From the NCBI GenBank assembly GCA_963740315.1, contig CAVUDP010000002.1, forward strand, positions 2,880,001 to 2,944,000: a DNA stretch of 64,000 nt, written 5' to 3'. The DNA is from an uncultured cyanobacterium. Lineage in GTDB: Bacteria; Cyanobacteriota; Cyanobacteriia; Cyanobacteriales; Nostocaceae. Made by a program: the position numbers and the translations under genes. The stretch's first letter is position 1; the number at the start of each line of letters is the position of its first letter. Positions 50,605 to 62,341 of the stretch are shown in pieces. Under the pieces are notes generated by a model. It had not been told where the DNA came from. It made no database searches and saw nothing but the letters and a program-made list of their open reading frames with translations.

Positions 50605-51771
50605 TTAAACAGGTGATAAGTGCTTAACTTTGTCTTCTAAGGAACTTATTAAGGATTGGAAGGGTTTGATGAACTTATCAATTCCTTCGGTAAGTAGTTC
50701 GTCCATGACTTCATCAAGGTTGATGTTAATATCAGGATCTTTAAGATTTTCGATCAGTTTGTATGCTTCTTCTACGTCGGTTTCGACTCTTGAATCTACG
50801 TCGCAATGGTCGGCACAGGCTTCGATGGTGACTGGTGGTAGGGTGTTAACGGTATCCTTACCAATTAACTCATCAACGTACATGACATCGCTGTAGCTGG
50901 GGTCTTTAGTGCTGGTACTTGCCCATAACAAACGCTGTACGTTGGCATTTTTATCAGCTAATGCTTGCCAGCGTTTGTCGTTGATAATTTTTTTATACTC
51001 TTGATATGCAATCTTGGCGTTAGCGATCGCTACTTTTCCTTTGACGGATTTTAGTTTGGCTTCTAAGTTGATGTCGTCAACGCCAGCCGCTAATTTTTCG
51101 TCTATTTTTCCATCAATTTTGGCATCAATCCGGCTGAGGAAGAAACTAGCTACGGAGGAAATCTTACTAATGTCTTTACCTTCTGCAACTCGTTTTTCCA
51201 AACCGCGAATGTAAGCCCAAGCAGTGTTTACATAACTATCCACAGAGAACAACAAAGTAATATTGACATTCATCCCTTCAGATATTACTTGCTCTACTGC
51301 TGGTAAACCCGATAGAGTACCAGGAATCTTAATCATTAAGTTTTCCCGTCCAACTTCTTTAAAGTAGCGTCTAGCTTCTTCAATTGTTTTTTGGGTATCG
51401 TCGGCAATAGTTGGAGGTACTTCAATGCTTACATAACCATCCAATCCATCAGTCGCTTCGTATACCGGCTTCAATATATCGCAGGCGTTACGAATATCGG
51501 AAAAAGCTAAAGATTCGTAGATTTCCTGGGTTGATAATCCTTTGTTAATCCCGGCTTCTATATCTTTATCGTAAATAGCGTTCCCAACGATCGCTTTCTC
51601 AAAAATGCTTGGATTCGAGGTAATTCCCTTGATACCTTGATTTTCCACCATATTTTTCAGTTCACCCGATTGGATAATATCGCGGCTTAAATTATCCATC
51701 CAAATACTTTGACCGTATTTGTTAATTTCTAATAATTGATTTGTGGTGATGCCCATATGGTTATATTCCAC
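50605..51771 (-). CDS. tal: Transaldolase
   Basis: SIWMDNLSR, GITSNPSIF, VSIEV, MIKIPGT, NITLLFS, SFFLSRID, RLLWASTS. Confidence 0.97.
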   Translation of the reverse strand: MEYNHMGITTNQLLEINKYGQSIWMDNLSRDIIQSGELKNMVENQGIKGITSNPSIFEKAIVGNAIYDKDIEAGINKGLSTQEIYESLAFSDIRNACDILKPVYEATDGLDGYVSIEVPPTIADDTQKTIEEARRYFKEVGRENLMIKIPGTLSGLPAVEQVISEGMNVNITLLFSVDSYVNTAWAYIRGLEKRVAEGKDISKISSVASFFLSRIDAKIDGKIDEKLAAGVDDINLEAKLKSVKGKVAIANAKIAYQEYKKIINDKRWQALADKNANVQRLLWASTSTKDPSYSDVMYVDELIGKDTVNTLPPVTIEACADHCDVDSRVETDVEEAYKLIENLKDPDININLDEVMDELLTEGIDKFIKPFQSLISSLEDKVKHLSPV

Positions 51772-52075
51772 TCCGAAATTTATTTTTGTGTCTTCTTCTA
51801 TTAATGCTCGCCTTTATTGTCGATTGATTCTCACTAAAGGAATAAATCAGTGAGCAGTTAGCAGTTAACAGTTAGCAGTTAGCAGTTAACAGTTAGCAGT
51901 TAACTGCTAACTGTTATCACTAGGAGGATAAAGACATATTTATTTGAGTTTTCCAGTTGTCAAGTGAAAAGCGTCGTAATCGCTGTAAAAACATACCATA
52001 AGCCATATCAACTACTCATTGCTCACTGTTCACTGTTCACTGGTTACTGCTCACTGCTCACTGCTCACTGTTTAC

Positions 52076-53125
52076 TTAATGACCATTTTGAATAAAAGAT
52101 TCCACCTTTGCTACATCCTCTTTACTACCAATAATTAGAGGCGTGCGCTGGTGCAGCTTTTCGGCAACTACATCCATAATCCTTGTGTCACCAGTAGTTG
52201 CGCGACCACCTGCTTGTTCTATCACGTAAGCTAAAGGAGCAGATTCGTAGAGCAGTCGTAATTTTCCTTCCGGTTTTTGCACAGTACCGGGGTAGAGAAA
52301 CACGCCACCTTGAACCAAAATTCGGTGAATGTCGCTCACCATTGCTCCACTGTAACGAGCCGTATAGCCTTCCGTTCGGTGAACGTAGCGAATGTATTCC
52401 CTAACTGATTCCGACCACTGCCAAAAATTACCTTCGTTAACGCTATAAACTGAACCGCGATCGGGAATCTTAATGTTTTCTTCCGAAAGTATAAATTCAC
52501 CTAAGCTGGGGTCGAGAGTAAAGGAATGAACTCCTTTTCCCATAGTGTAGACCAGCATGGTACTCGGACCGTAAAGGATATATCCGGCTCCAATTTGTTT
52601 GGTACCTGGAGCAAATAAATCCCTGGCTTGCCCGTCTTTATCTTCTCCTTCCTGCTGCCGAATCGCGAAAATCGAACCCAAACTCAAGTTTGTGTCTGTA
52701 TTCGATGAACCATCAATTGGGTCGTACAGCAAAGTATATCTACCTATGGGGCAGTTTTCCGGAATATAGTACGGTTCATCCATTTCTTCAGAAGCTAAGC
52801 GACATACTAAACCGCTTTGCTTGAAAACCGAGATAAACACATCATTGGCGTAGACATCCATCTTTTTGACGGATTCTCCCTGCACGTTAACTTCTCCGGT
52901 AAACCCCAGAACGCCTTCCATTAAACCAGCGCGGCTGAGACGACGAGCAACCAATTTACCCGCAAGGGCAATGCGATTCATCAGCGCACTTAAATCTTGT
53001 GCTTGCGCCGAAAAGCCTTGGAATTGCTGCAAGACGTGACGCGATAAAGTCGTACAATCTCTATCTAGACTTTTATCTGGGATGTGTTGAATTCCTTTGT
53101 CTTGATGTTCTGCCGCTTTTGTCAT
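52076..53125 (-). CDS. fbp: Class 1 fructose-1,6-bisphosphatase
   Basis: [32 protein letters not shown]; start taken at ATG 53125. Confidence 0.97.
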   Translation of the reverse strand: MTKAAEHQDKGIQHIPDKSLDRDCTTLSRHVLQQFQGFSAQAQDLSALMNRIALAGKLVARRLSRAGLMEGVLGFTGEVNVQGESVKKMDVYANDVFISVFKQSGLVCRLASEEMDEPYYIPENCPIGRYTLLYDPIDGSSNTDTNLSLGSIFAIRQQEGEDKDGQARDLFAPGTKQIGAGYILYGPSTMLVYTMGKGVHSFTLDPSLGEFILSEENIKIPDRGSVYSVNEGNFWQWSESVREYIRYVHRTEGYTARYSGAMVSDIHRILVQGGVFLYPGTVQKPEGKLRLLYESAPLAYVIEQAGGRATTGDTRIMDVVAEKLHQRTPLIIGSKEDVAKVESFIQNGH

Positions 53126-53943
53126 GATAATTTTCTCACTAAGTAGGCAATTCATTTAGCAACAAGCCGTATCCTTACAACTTGCGATCGCTGCCTCTAT
53201 CTTAGAAAGGTATTTTAGGAACGCAAATCCGATTTGAGATAATTTAAATAAACCTTAGTATCTTGAATGGCGTTAACAAGCATTTTCCTGGGTATTGATA
53301 TGCAGAAAATGCCAACTGTTACGTGATGTTGCAGCAATAATAAATACTTTTTTAATTTATATGCAATTCATGTTTATATTTGATGTCTCTTTCTAAGTCC
53401 ATAAAATAATAAAAATGATTGCTCGATCGACTTTAAGCAACCCGAACGACAAATTTTATCTCAAGTTCAACTTTTCGTAAAAACTGTTACAGTTTACAGG
53501 CTTAAAATCTATCTACGAAAACATTTTTTAATCTAAGCTTGTAAGTTTTTATTCTTTTTATTTTTGACTGTTTAATATATTTATATATTTTTAATATAGT
53601 AAAACCCGACTTATGCTGATATCGTACATAGTCGGTATCTTGTCGGGGTTGTTTATATGAAGTTTTTCCGCGATTTAGAAATTATTCGGCGCAAGCGATC
53701 GCTGTTTATATAATGCTCGATCGACAAAAAACACGCCGCTTCTAAACTCAACTCAGATTTATCAAATAATACAGCAAGCAACTAATTTACACTTTAAAAT
53801 TATTTTAGAGCGGGTACTCGATATAATTCCCGTTACAGGATTTTATCTGACGGGGAAATGAGTAATTAAAGTTTAATTGACTCCTGCATCAAATAAAAAA
53901 TTATAAAGAGAGTTTTTCCGCTTTAATATTAGATTAAGATAAT

Positions 53944-54240
53944 TTATTGTTCTTGGAAATCTGGCTTTCTCACAAAGTTAGCACGCGGACGATTATCTTC
54001 TTTTGGCTTAGCTTTGTTAACCCGGATTTGACGACCCATCCATTCTGCTCCATCTAGCTCAGAAATGGCATTATCTTCCTGGGCTTCATCACTGAGATCG
54101 ACAAAGGCGAAACCACGCATTCTACCTGATTCGCGATCGGTTGGTAACATAACTCTTGTCACCTCACCGTAATCGGTAAATACTGCTCTCAAGTCTGCTT
54201 CTGTAGCGCGATAGGAAAGATTTCCAACGTAAATAGTCAT
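53944..54240 (-). CDS. RRM RNA-binding protein (cyanobacterial Rbp family)
   Basis: IYVGNL RNP2, RGFAFV RNP1, LDGAEWMGR. Confidence 0.95.
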   Translation of the reverse strand: MTIYVGNLSYRATEADLRAVFTDYGEVTRVMLPTDRESGRMRGFAFVDLSDEAQEDNAISELDGAEWMGRQIRVNKAKPKEDNRPRANFVRKPDFQEQ

Positions 54241-54873
54241 ATGCTTAACGTTTCAAGGGACTAATAGCGAATCGCTCAGTCCAAATAAAAGTCAGACAAT
54301 TAGCTTTGAATAATTAAAGAAAAGTCTGATTTTATCAACGGTAAATTATCTAGTCGATCGCAACTTTAATAGCAGAATTAACTAAAAATAAACCATACTT
54401 AGGACTGAACTTACGAATACGTTTTTATAGTACCCGATCGCTCCAATTTTCAAGGTGTGATATATTACAAAGTTTTAGAAGTTGAAATCAGTGTAACTTA
54501 TATATACGGACGATAAGAGAGTAAGAATTTCTTCTTTTTATATGGTGTATTAAAAATAATTACTAGTAATACTAGAAGAAAAAAATTAGATTCAGTAGTG
54601 CGTAATTTGCAGTAAAGGTAATATCAGCGGCGTTTTCAACTTATTAGGGAGCAAGATGCTACCACTAACTATACAGGGATTAACTATGTTTACTTGTTTT
54701 ATAATTTATACTTTAAAGAATTATAATATCAAAATTTAGATGCTTATCAAATGTATGATTTTGCTTGATATCAGTACTGACTACGATGTCGAAATAAAAA
54801 GTCTGCCGATTTTCAGCAGACCTTGTTTAATTTAACTTTCTATTAACCAAACCTTTCTGTGCAAGTATTTGTA

Positions 54874-55089
54874 TCAATCAATAGAAATGCTTTGAGGTCC
54901 ATTATTCTTGCCATTGTGCATTCCATTGGTAGAAGTTGGAAAAGTAGTTGTAGTTTGTTGTGCTAACCAGGTTTTTACAGGATCGTCAGCAAGGCTAAGT
55001 CTTAGTACACCAGAGACAAACCCGCCCATAAATGAAGCTGGATGCTGGGTAAATTCTTTAAATAACGGGAATAGTTCTTCAATGAACAT
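54874..55089 (-). CDS. Small conserved hypothetical protein
   Basis: GGAG RBS; FMGGFVSGVLRLSLADDPVKTWL...GPQSISID. Confidence 0.8.
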   Translation of the reverse strand: MFIEELFPLFKEFTQHPASFMGGFVSGVLRLSLADDPVKTWLAQQTTTTFPTSTNGMHNGKNNGPQSISID

Positions 55090-55209
55090 TTTTTAATCTC
55101 CAAAGGGTTAAAAAGGATGAAGTATCAAGGCACTCAGGATCGAGAAAAATAACGGATGCGATCGCAGCAAGTACTTCGTAATTCATAATTAATACTTCAT
55201 CCTTTAATC

Positions 55210-58200
55210 TTACACGGGTTTTTCTTCCGGCATCATGCACTTATCGGAATCGCATCCCGATGGTCCTGCTTCCATTAATTCACCAAAATCATAACGTTTC
55301 AATGCACTATGAAAATCATCGGTATCGCGGCGATTTTCCACTTGTTGCATCAATTCTTCGTATTGCTGTTTGTCGATCGGTTCAAATGGTAAGCGGGGGA
55401 AAGTTTGATGGTCGTCAAATCTGGCTAAAAGTGCGGCACTGATATAGCCTTCATCGTTTTTAATTGCTTGATATATCCGATTCCCCAACTCTTCTACTTC
55501 GTTTTCTCGGACTTCAATAGTGGCTGAAGTATTGTGAGTAACGTAGAATTGCTGCACCTGCATATAGAAATCCATTTGCGCTAAAGCATTGAATTTATCG
55601 ATCGCAACTTCATCGGCACCCGGTACATCTGCCCAAGGTACGGCAACGGGAATTTCAACCAACCATTCCGTACAGCGAGAATCGAACGGATCGTTTAACA
55701 AGTTGCCGTTTTCGTCTTTATCGGTTTGAGAAGGAACCACCGCATAACCGTAGTCAATACAAGCCAAAGCTACCGGGTCATTTTTGCGGAAAGTTATCCG
55801 ACGAATAAACCTTTGGGCTTTGGGTGGGTGCCATCCGGGAGAAGCACCCGTAAGTAAAGATTTAGTGCCGCTGGGTTGTACCGTAGTACAGCGATTCGGA
55901 CGTTTTATGTTGTGGCGATCGCAGTATTCCCAAACTACCCGATGTACGATATCTTTCCACCTACTTAGATATTCTTGTTCGCGGCGTTTAAAGGCTAAAC
56001 CTTCGTCTGTGGCAGGTCTTCCTTCCGTCCACCAGTGCAACCAATCAACCCCAAAAGCACGGACGAAGAAATCAAATAAGCCAGTAAAAGATACACCAAC
56101 AATCGGATCTAACTCGCGACTATATTGATAGCGGGGTTCCAAGAATTTATGATTTAACAATGCAGCTACAGATAAAGCACCTGCTGTGAAAGCTTGTTCT
56201 TGTTCTTTATAATTTTCGGGGTCGATTTGATTTAAGTGAATTTCACTAAGATTACAGTGAAAATTAGAACCAATGATTTCCAATTTTGTTACCCTAGAGG
56301 CTTTTTATCCCCTAGTTCTAATGCTTCATTGTTCGCATTAGTTCCGCGTACATTTTCATCCTTATGAATGCCCCACACTCTTGGAGATTTATATTCTTTG
56401 CATTTACAAAGTTTCACTCTCTACGCTGTACGGTGTCAAAAGCTTTTTAATTCTTTTGATTACCTCGGTATTAGCATCTCAGCTTTCACCGATTTTGCGG
56501 GGTTTTTAACGTGAGGCAAAAGTATCAATTACCACACGGATTAAGCCCTACACGAGCTAAACGATGCTCAATTTCATTTTGATCGAGATAAGAATATTTT
56601 TCCTTTAACCAATCAGCGCCCTTGCCTTGTTGGTAAGCCTGTAAAAAATCAGTTTTCAATTCCTGTGTTGTTAGCAAATCAAGGTTTGCTCTGGCAACAG
56701 CTTCACCAGCCCATTGAATCGCACCTTCACCGCTGTAATATTGCTTGCGAACTGCATTAACACATTCTTCTAAAGTAGGTTTTTGGTGAAATACACGGGT
56801 GTGGTTCGACATTCTTAGCGCATCTCGTTCGGGATCTATACGCCAATTTCCATCTTCACCTTGCTGCCATAAATTTGCTTTTGCATCTGCAAATGCAGTG
56901 TCTTCGCTGACACCTTGACGCATCCCGGCGCTGTTATGAGTTAAATAACCATCGCAGTAGAAACAGTGAGCTTCTTCAACTTCTATATCATAGGTTTGTA
57001 CGTGGTCGTAACTACCCAAACCCTTTACGGTAACGGGAATATCCAGCGAGACATCAGATTCAGCGATATAGCGCTCGTAATTTGCATCAACGCTACGACT
57101 TCCAGCAAACCCCATTTCTCGCATTTCGCTGTAGGTATAAGCTTCACGCATCACCGCACCGGGAACCGTAAAACCATACATTTTGAGTCCTTGCTTCAGT
57201 TCCCCTTTTAAACTGTGGGGAGCAATCAAAGCATTGTAACGCTCTTTAAATGCGGGAATTTTCAAATTATATTTAGCTTGCCATTTTTGATTTTGCGGTT
57301 GAGTTACCGAGATTCTACCGGCAATACCTAAACTAGATAAAACTGCTGCTACCTGACGGATAAATCCGCGATAAACAGTTGTTACCAAATGTGGAGGACG
57401 ATTATTTACCGCACCGTCGCTATCCATCAAACCTGCTAAGTAAGCTGCTCGAACATCTACCGAACCTTGCAAGATAAAATCGGGCACTTGTAAGGAAGTA
57501 TTTGGTTGCTTGATATAACGATGAAAATATTCAGCAAAACGAATTGACGAGCAAATTGATTTTGCCGTATTTTCATTTTTAACTACACCGTGAGTAGCCT
57601 TTAATTTAAATGAAGCTAAAGCAATATCTAACTTACGTTGAATGCGAGCAGTAAGCTCGGTATCTGAAGCATTCATCGCCCATTCTACACGACCGTAAGG
57701 TTTGTGATGCTTGTTGCGACCGAGAGCTACATAACCATCACCGTGGGTAAACCCGACTAACCAAGCTATCTCCGATGTTAATTGTGGAATAAATAACGGT
57801 TTAGCGGTATGACTTTGGACTGGTCTTGATTCCGTAAAATCAACAGGTAAATTAGTTACCGTTCCTGGTAAAACCTGCTTGTTGTGTAAAAGGCGATCGC
57901 CGGATACTAAATTAGCTATAGATTTCCATTCAACAGCACCTTGAGGGTCAGCAAGAACTGCTTGTCTGTGGTTTAAAGTTGCTCTGGGTAAAGTAGCATT
58001 TGTTTCTACTTCATAAACATCTTGAAAACCTTGGTCAAATTTATCAACTACTTTACGGAATCCTAAAGGGGTTTGTACCAAATCCCCAACTTTAACATCG
58101 CGAATTGGTACTAAACCTTTAGATGTATGAACCAAAGCATCTTCTGGTAAACATCTGCGAATGTTCCCGGCAACCACACAGACAGCCGCTTCATCAATCA

Positions 58201-58981
58201 ACAAACAGCATTCAACCGAAGTTAATTTTCTGCCAACAGCTTTATTAAGAATCGCAGCACAGCGATGATAAAGTTCTGGCAACTTCACCGGATTCGCCAT
58301 ACCACCAAAGCCTTGCAACGGTTCGCCAGCTTTGCGAATATCACTGATATCAACAGTTACTTCAACTTCTTGACTAAAACGTTCGTCGGTAGATAATTCT
58401 AAAAGACTTTTATAGGACTCTACCCAACCTTGACGGCTATCTCCCACATAAATAGTGGCACTATTGCCCTCAATCTTAGTTTCAGTAAATTCACGGCGCT
58501 CGTTAGCTATAGTTTTACCAATATCACCTTGTACCGTCACCTTCAAACGATTGCGGATATTAGGTAACTGATTAATATATTTGGGTTCTAAAATTGCTCC
58601 CGTACCGCAGCCCATCATCGCCAAATCCATCATTAACCCGAAGGCTTTCCAGTCAATGACGTTTGTAGAAGTACAGTTATAAGCACCCGAAAAATTCTTC
58701 GGTTGAGTCAGCCAATTTGTGCCGCCCACCCATAACCATCTGCCACTAGGTAAAGCCTTCAAATTGCGCTGCATCGCTTCTAAAAGTAAAGCTTCATCTT
58801 GAGTTAGCTTACCCAACTCAACCAAACCTTTTAGAGTGCGATCGCAAACCTCCCTCCAGGATTCTCTCGTACTTTCGGATTGTTGACGACGGCTGTAAGT
58901 CCTGAAAAATACAGGATTTGCAGCAGGGGCTGTTTGTGGAAAGTCTGCACCAACGTGTTTCCGTTCAAGCTCTCGAACCAT
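55210..58981 (-). CDS. nrdJ: Class II (adenosylcobalamin-dependent) ribonucleotide reductase; exons 58981-56531 and 56280-55210; includes an intein
   Basis: RTYSR, LPSGRWLW, YNCT, VVAGNIRR|SAG, GLNPCG|EII, TTVQPSGTKSLL, C-terminal GCDSDKC; mature protein about 766 aa. Confidence 0.95.
56281..56530 (-). ncRNA. Group I intron (250 nt, no ORF) in nrdJ
   Basis: Exon ends in U, intron ends in G; P1 CGUGUGGU|AA pairs with UUGCCUCACG (U.G at splice site); P3 CCCCGCA/UGUGGGG; P4 UCGGU/ACCGA; P7 GCGUA/UACGC; P8 and P9 hairpins; removal restores NPCGE. Confidence 0.93.
56933..58153 (-). mobile_element. Intein (407 aa) with LAGLIDADG homing endonuclease in NrdJ
   Basis: Starts CLPEDALV, block B ATLNHR, WLVGFTHGDG and YLAGLMDSDG, TYDIEVEEAHCF...THN followed by Ser+1. 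Confidence 0.96.
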
Positions 58982-59249
58982 ATTTTTATCGTGTCTTTTT
59001 TTCTCTCAGATTAAGACTATACGTCAAGTAGCATTACAATAAAAGACTGCATAATTTTGAAAATTTTTCCACAAAAATCAGCGAGCTGTTAAGAGTGAGG
59101 AATTAAGAGTTAGGAGTTAAGAATTAGGAGTTATCAGCTATTTTTGATTTCTAAACGGTTAATAAAAGTCAATATATTAAGAATTTAATTTTTAGTTGTT
59201 ATCATCAATCGCAATCCAAAATCTAAAATCTAAAATCCAAAATTGTAAG

Positions 59250-59825
59250 ATGTCTATTGCTCCTTGGCGATCGCACCTAGCAAACGCTCTCAAAAAGAAT
59301 CGCAGTGAACCGCATTCGCGCTACTTTCAACTAGCAACTGTCCGCAGTGATGGAACTCCTGCCAATCGTACCGTGGTTTTTCGCGGTTTTATAGAAGATA
59401 CTAATAATTTAAAAATTATTACCGATATTCGCAGCGAAAAAATTACAGAAATTCATCATAATTCATGGGCAGAAATTTGCTGGTACTTCACCAATAGCCG
59501 CGAACAATTCCGCATTGCTGGAAACATCATAATAATTGATGGCGATCGTAAAGAATCGGAATTATTAAAAGTCAGGGAATTAACATGGCAAGAGCTTTCA
59601 GACAATGCGCGTATCCAATTTGGCTGGGCGCATCCGGGAGAACCCACTAACCCTGAAGCATTTTCACCACCGCAGCCAGATCAAGTTAAGCCTTTAGATC
59701 ACTTTTGTTTGCTGTTATTTGAACCTGTAAAAGTCGATTATTTACGATTGAGGGGACTGCAAAATCGGAATATTTATGTAAGGGATGAAACAGGGGTTTG
59801 GGATGTGAGTGAAGTTAATCCATGA
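59250..59825 (+). CDS. FMN-dependent pyridoxamine 5'-phosphate oxidase-like flavoprotein
   Basis: APWRS, YFQLATV...PANRTVVFRGF, TDIRSEK, EICWYF..REQFRI; start at ATG 59250. Confidence 0.9.
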   Translation: MSIAPWRSHLANALKKNRSEPHSRYFQLATVRSDGTPANRTVVFRGFIEDTNNLKIITDIRSEKITEIHHNSWAEICWYFTNSREQFRIAGNIIIIDGDRKESELLKVRELTWQELSDNARIQFGWAHPGEPTNPEAFSPPQPDQVKPLDHFCLLLFEPVKVDYLRLRGLQNRNIYVRDETGVWDVSEVNP

Positions 59826-60002
59826 TGAACATTTGATTTAATCACCCTCACTATCGGAACAAAACCCACAGTAAGGTGGGCTATTTTGTTATTTACCAGT
59901 CAGGTTGTAGAGACGTAGCACTGCTACTTCTCCATATTTCGCGGTTGGGATGCAATATTTTGGTACAGGAAAGGTTAATTGATTACCATTAATATATTCT
60001 CA

Positions 60003-60126
60003 AAACCGCCGGGGAATCTAATTCCCCGTCTAATAGCAAAAGTCATCTAAAGATGACTGGCAAGACTTTTAGTCTACTTTAGTAGACTTCGTATATTAGC
60101 CTTGGAATTGATTCCGAGGCGGTTGT
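60003..60126. repeat. Four-hairpin REP/REPIN-like palindromic block
   Basis: ACCGCCGGGGAAT..ATTCCCCG, AGTCATCT..AGATGACT, AGTCTACT..AGTAGACT, CCTTGGAAT..ATTCCGAGGCGGT. Confidence 0.75.
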
Positions 60127-60164
60127 GAATCCTATTTTAGAATGATGCAAGATGTTAAATTTAA

Positions 60165-62084
60165 CTAACTATGCCAAGCCTTGTAAAAATCTTGATAACT
60201 CATCTTTCCCGCACAATCCCACATAAATTGATAAACTTCATCGTAACGATATGAACTATTTTTATAAAACTTTTTGTTCAGATATGCTTTTAAAGCTGTA
60301 ATAATTTTTGGAAAGCAAGCATATTTATTGATTGAATTAACATTTTGCATTATGTACCAAAATAAATCTTGATCAAATTCATCATCTTGATCGGGCTTAA
60401 AGTCATCGAATAAATAGTTTTTATCCTTTTCGATTGCATTTAATAAGCTTTTAAATTCTAGACTAATTGATTCATTAATTAAAAATCTTGCTGTTTTATC
60501 TTCTTTCGCTATTTTATCCAAGTATATTTCAGGCAATAAACGCTCGTATTGAAATAGAGTACTTAATTTTTTTAAGGAATCTAATTCAATCAGAGTATTT
60601 ATTGCCTTTTGATAATGGCTTTCAAATTGTAATAAAATAGCCGCAACGTTTTCACATTGATTACGCTGCATAAATTCTACAAGAATCGAAATCGCTAGTT
60701 CATTATCTGGCTCTAATCGCAAAATAGCTTCAGCCAAATCAACATCAAATATTTTGCCTTTTTGTGACTGTAAAATTTTTACGAAAGCAGCTATACTTTC
60801 TTGGTAGATTACTAAATCTATATTTGGATCGAGAAGCATCTTGCTAATAGCATAAATTGCTAAGGGTGAAGCTTTAAAACCAGCTATTTCTAATGAAGAA
60901 CCATCGTTTATATTTGAGCTTTTTTCGATAAAGGAAATTAAGCTGACAATGACTTCCTTATCGCCTGGATATAGTTGTACTAAAGATATGATTATTCGAG
61001 CATAAAAGTATAGCTCATTGTCACTAAGAATTCCCAAATATTCTAATCCAAATATAAAATTATTTTCATAACTCTCTAAAATCTCTATTAAAGTCTTCTT
61101 AACTCCAGCTTGATTTTTGTCAAATTTTCCCAAACTAGCAGCAATTTCAGCACGAACACAATTATCCTCACAAGTTTTCAATCTTTCCGATAAAACTTCA
61201 ATCGCTGCTTGATTTCGAGAGTCTATTTCTTGTAGGAATTCAACAGCTTTAATCAAAAGATACATTTCCTGAGTACTTTCAAGAATATTTTCCAAAGCAT
61301 TCTTCGCTACTTCATTACCCGCATCTATCAACAGCAAAGCTTTTGCAGCATCAAGACAAATTCTGTCACCTCGATTTACCTGCAAAAATTTCTCTAGCGC
61401 TAGGATTGCGATTTGATTTCCACAGCCAATTTTCCCCAAAGTCTTAATTGTTTGACAACAAAGGTTTTTATCCTCCGTCGTTTCCATCAATTTAATAACG
61501 GTGGTTATCGCTGTTTGATTCCCAGCACCAATTTTTGCAATACTCTGACAAATACTTGAGCGTTTATAATTATCCGTTGTCACATCCAGCAGTAAAATCA
61601 AAGCAGCGATCGCCATCTCATTCCCTGCATCCAATTCCCCCAACTTCACCGCAGCAGATTCCAAGGTTAGCCGACTCGGAGTATTACGCAGCAACAATTC
61701 AAAAGCCTTGATAACTCTTGTTTTATCCGTGACTTCCAAAGTATTTCTTGCAGCTTCTACCAACGGTTGAGGAAAAAGTTGCCAGCCAAAATATAGATAG
61801 CTCCAATCAAGTAACTGTTTAACAATTTGATCGCCACTACTACATTCAGGAAAATAATTTAAAGCTTCTGCGGCTAAGAAATAAGCACGATATCGATAAA
61901 AACCACCGCAATCGTCATCAAAATTAACAAGCACCCGAATAAAGTCTTCTTTCTGCTGTTTAGGAATATCATCTCGACTAAACCAATACAGAATTTCAGC
62001 TTTATAATCGGGCGCAAAAATGCGGTAATTAAATTGTTCGGGATTATTTAGTTCGTGGCTAAAGAAATATTTCCAATCATTCAT
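60165..62084 (-). CDS. HEAT-repeat protein
   Basis: Repeated LGKI..GNQ.AI..L..LL units; C-terminal WDCAGKMSYQDFYKAW. Confidence 0.85.
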   Translation of the reverse strand: MNDWKYFFSHELNNPEQFNYRIFAPDYKAEILYWFSRDDIPKQQKEDFIRVLVNFDDDCGGFYRYRAYFLAAEALNYFPECSSGDQIVKQLLDWSYLYFGWQLFPQPLVEAARNTLEVTDKTRVIKAFELLLRNTPSRLTLESAAVKLGELDAGNEMAIAALILLLDVTTDNYKRSSICQSIAKIGAGNQTAITTVIKLMETTEDKNLCCQTIKTLGKIGCGNQIAILALEKFLQVNRGDRICLDAAKALLLIDAGNEVAKNALENILESTQEMYLLIKAVEFLQEIDSRNQAAIEVLSERLKTCEDNCVRAEIAASLGKFDKNQAGVKKTLIEILESYENNFIFGLEYLGILSDNELYFYARIIISLVQLYPGDKEVIVSLISFIEKSSNINDGSSLEIAGFKASPLAIYAISKMLLDPNIDLVIYQESIAAFVKILQSQKGKIFDVDLAEAILRLEPDNELAISILVEFMQRNQCENVAAILLQFESHYQKAINTLIELDSLKKLSTLFQYERLLPEIYLDKIAKEDKTARFLINESISLEFKSLLNAIEKDKNYLFDDFKPDQDDEFDQDLFWYIMQNVNSINKYACFPKIITALKAYLNKKFYKNSSYRYDEVYQFMWDCAGKMSYQDFYKAWHS

Positions 62085-62204
62085 TTCCCCCTACCCATCT
62101 TCATGTGGGACGTAAAGGACATATTTGTAAGATATCACAGTTGGAAGAGAGAGGGGGGAGATGGGGAGATGGGGGGATGGGGAGATGGGGGGATGGGGAG
62201 ATGG

Positions 62205-62303
62205 TAAGCCCAAAACGTGCGGAGGAGACCGTTGAGAGAAGTGGCGCAACCCGTTACTCTAACGAGTCGTGCCGCGCTGAACACGCGGAGCGTGCGGCGA
62301 GCG
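62205..62303 (+). repeat. ~100-bp GC-rich dispersed repeat, copy 2
   Basis: Matches 38009-38110; same GAGATGG|...|GGGG context. Confidence 0.9.
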
Positions 62304-62341
62304 GGGGAAACAAGGAGAAATAATTAATTTCTGACTGGTTA

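Noticed and set aside
53160..54870. ncRNA or NtcA sites in the long AT-rich spacers around the RRM gene
   Set aside because: Only isolated hairpins and imperfect GTA-N8-TAC matches; not supportable
55210..56283. Separate gene or nrdJ pseudogene fragment
   Set aside because: It is exon 2 of nrdJ; the apparent TTG start is the last three bases of the intron
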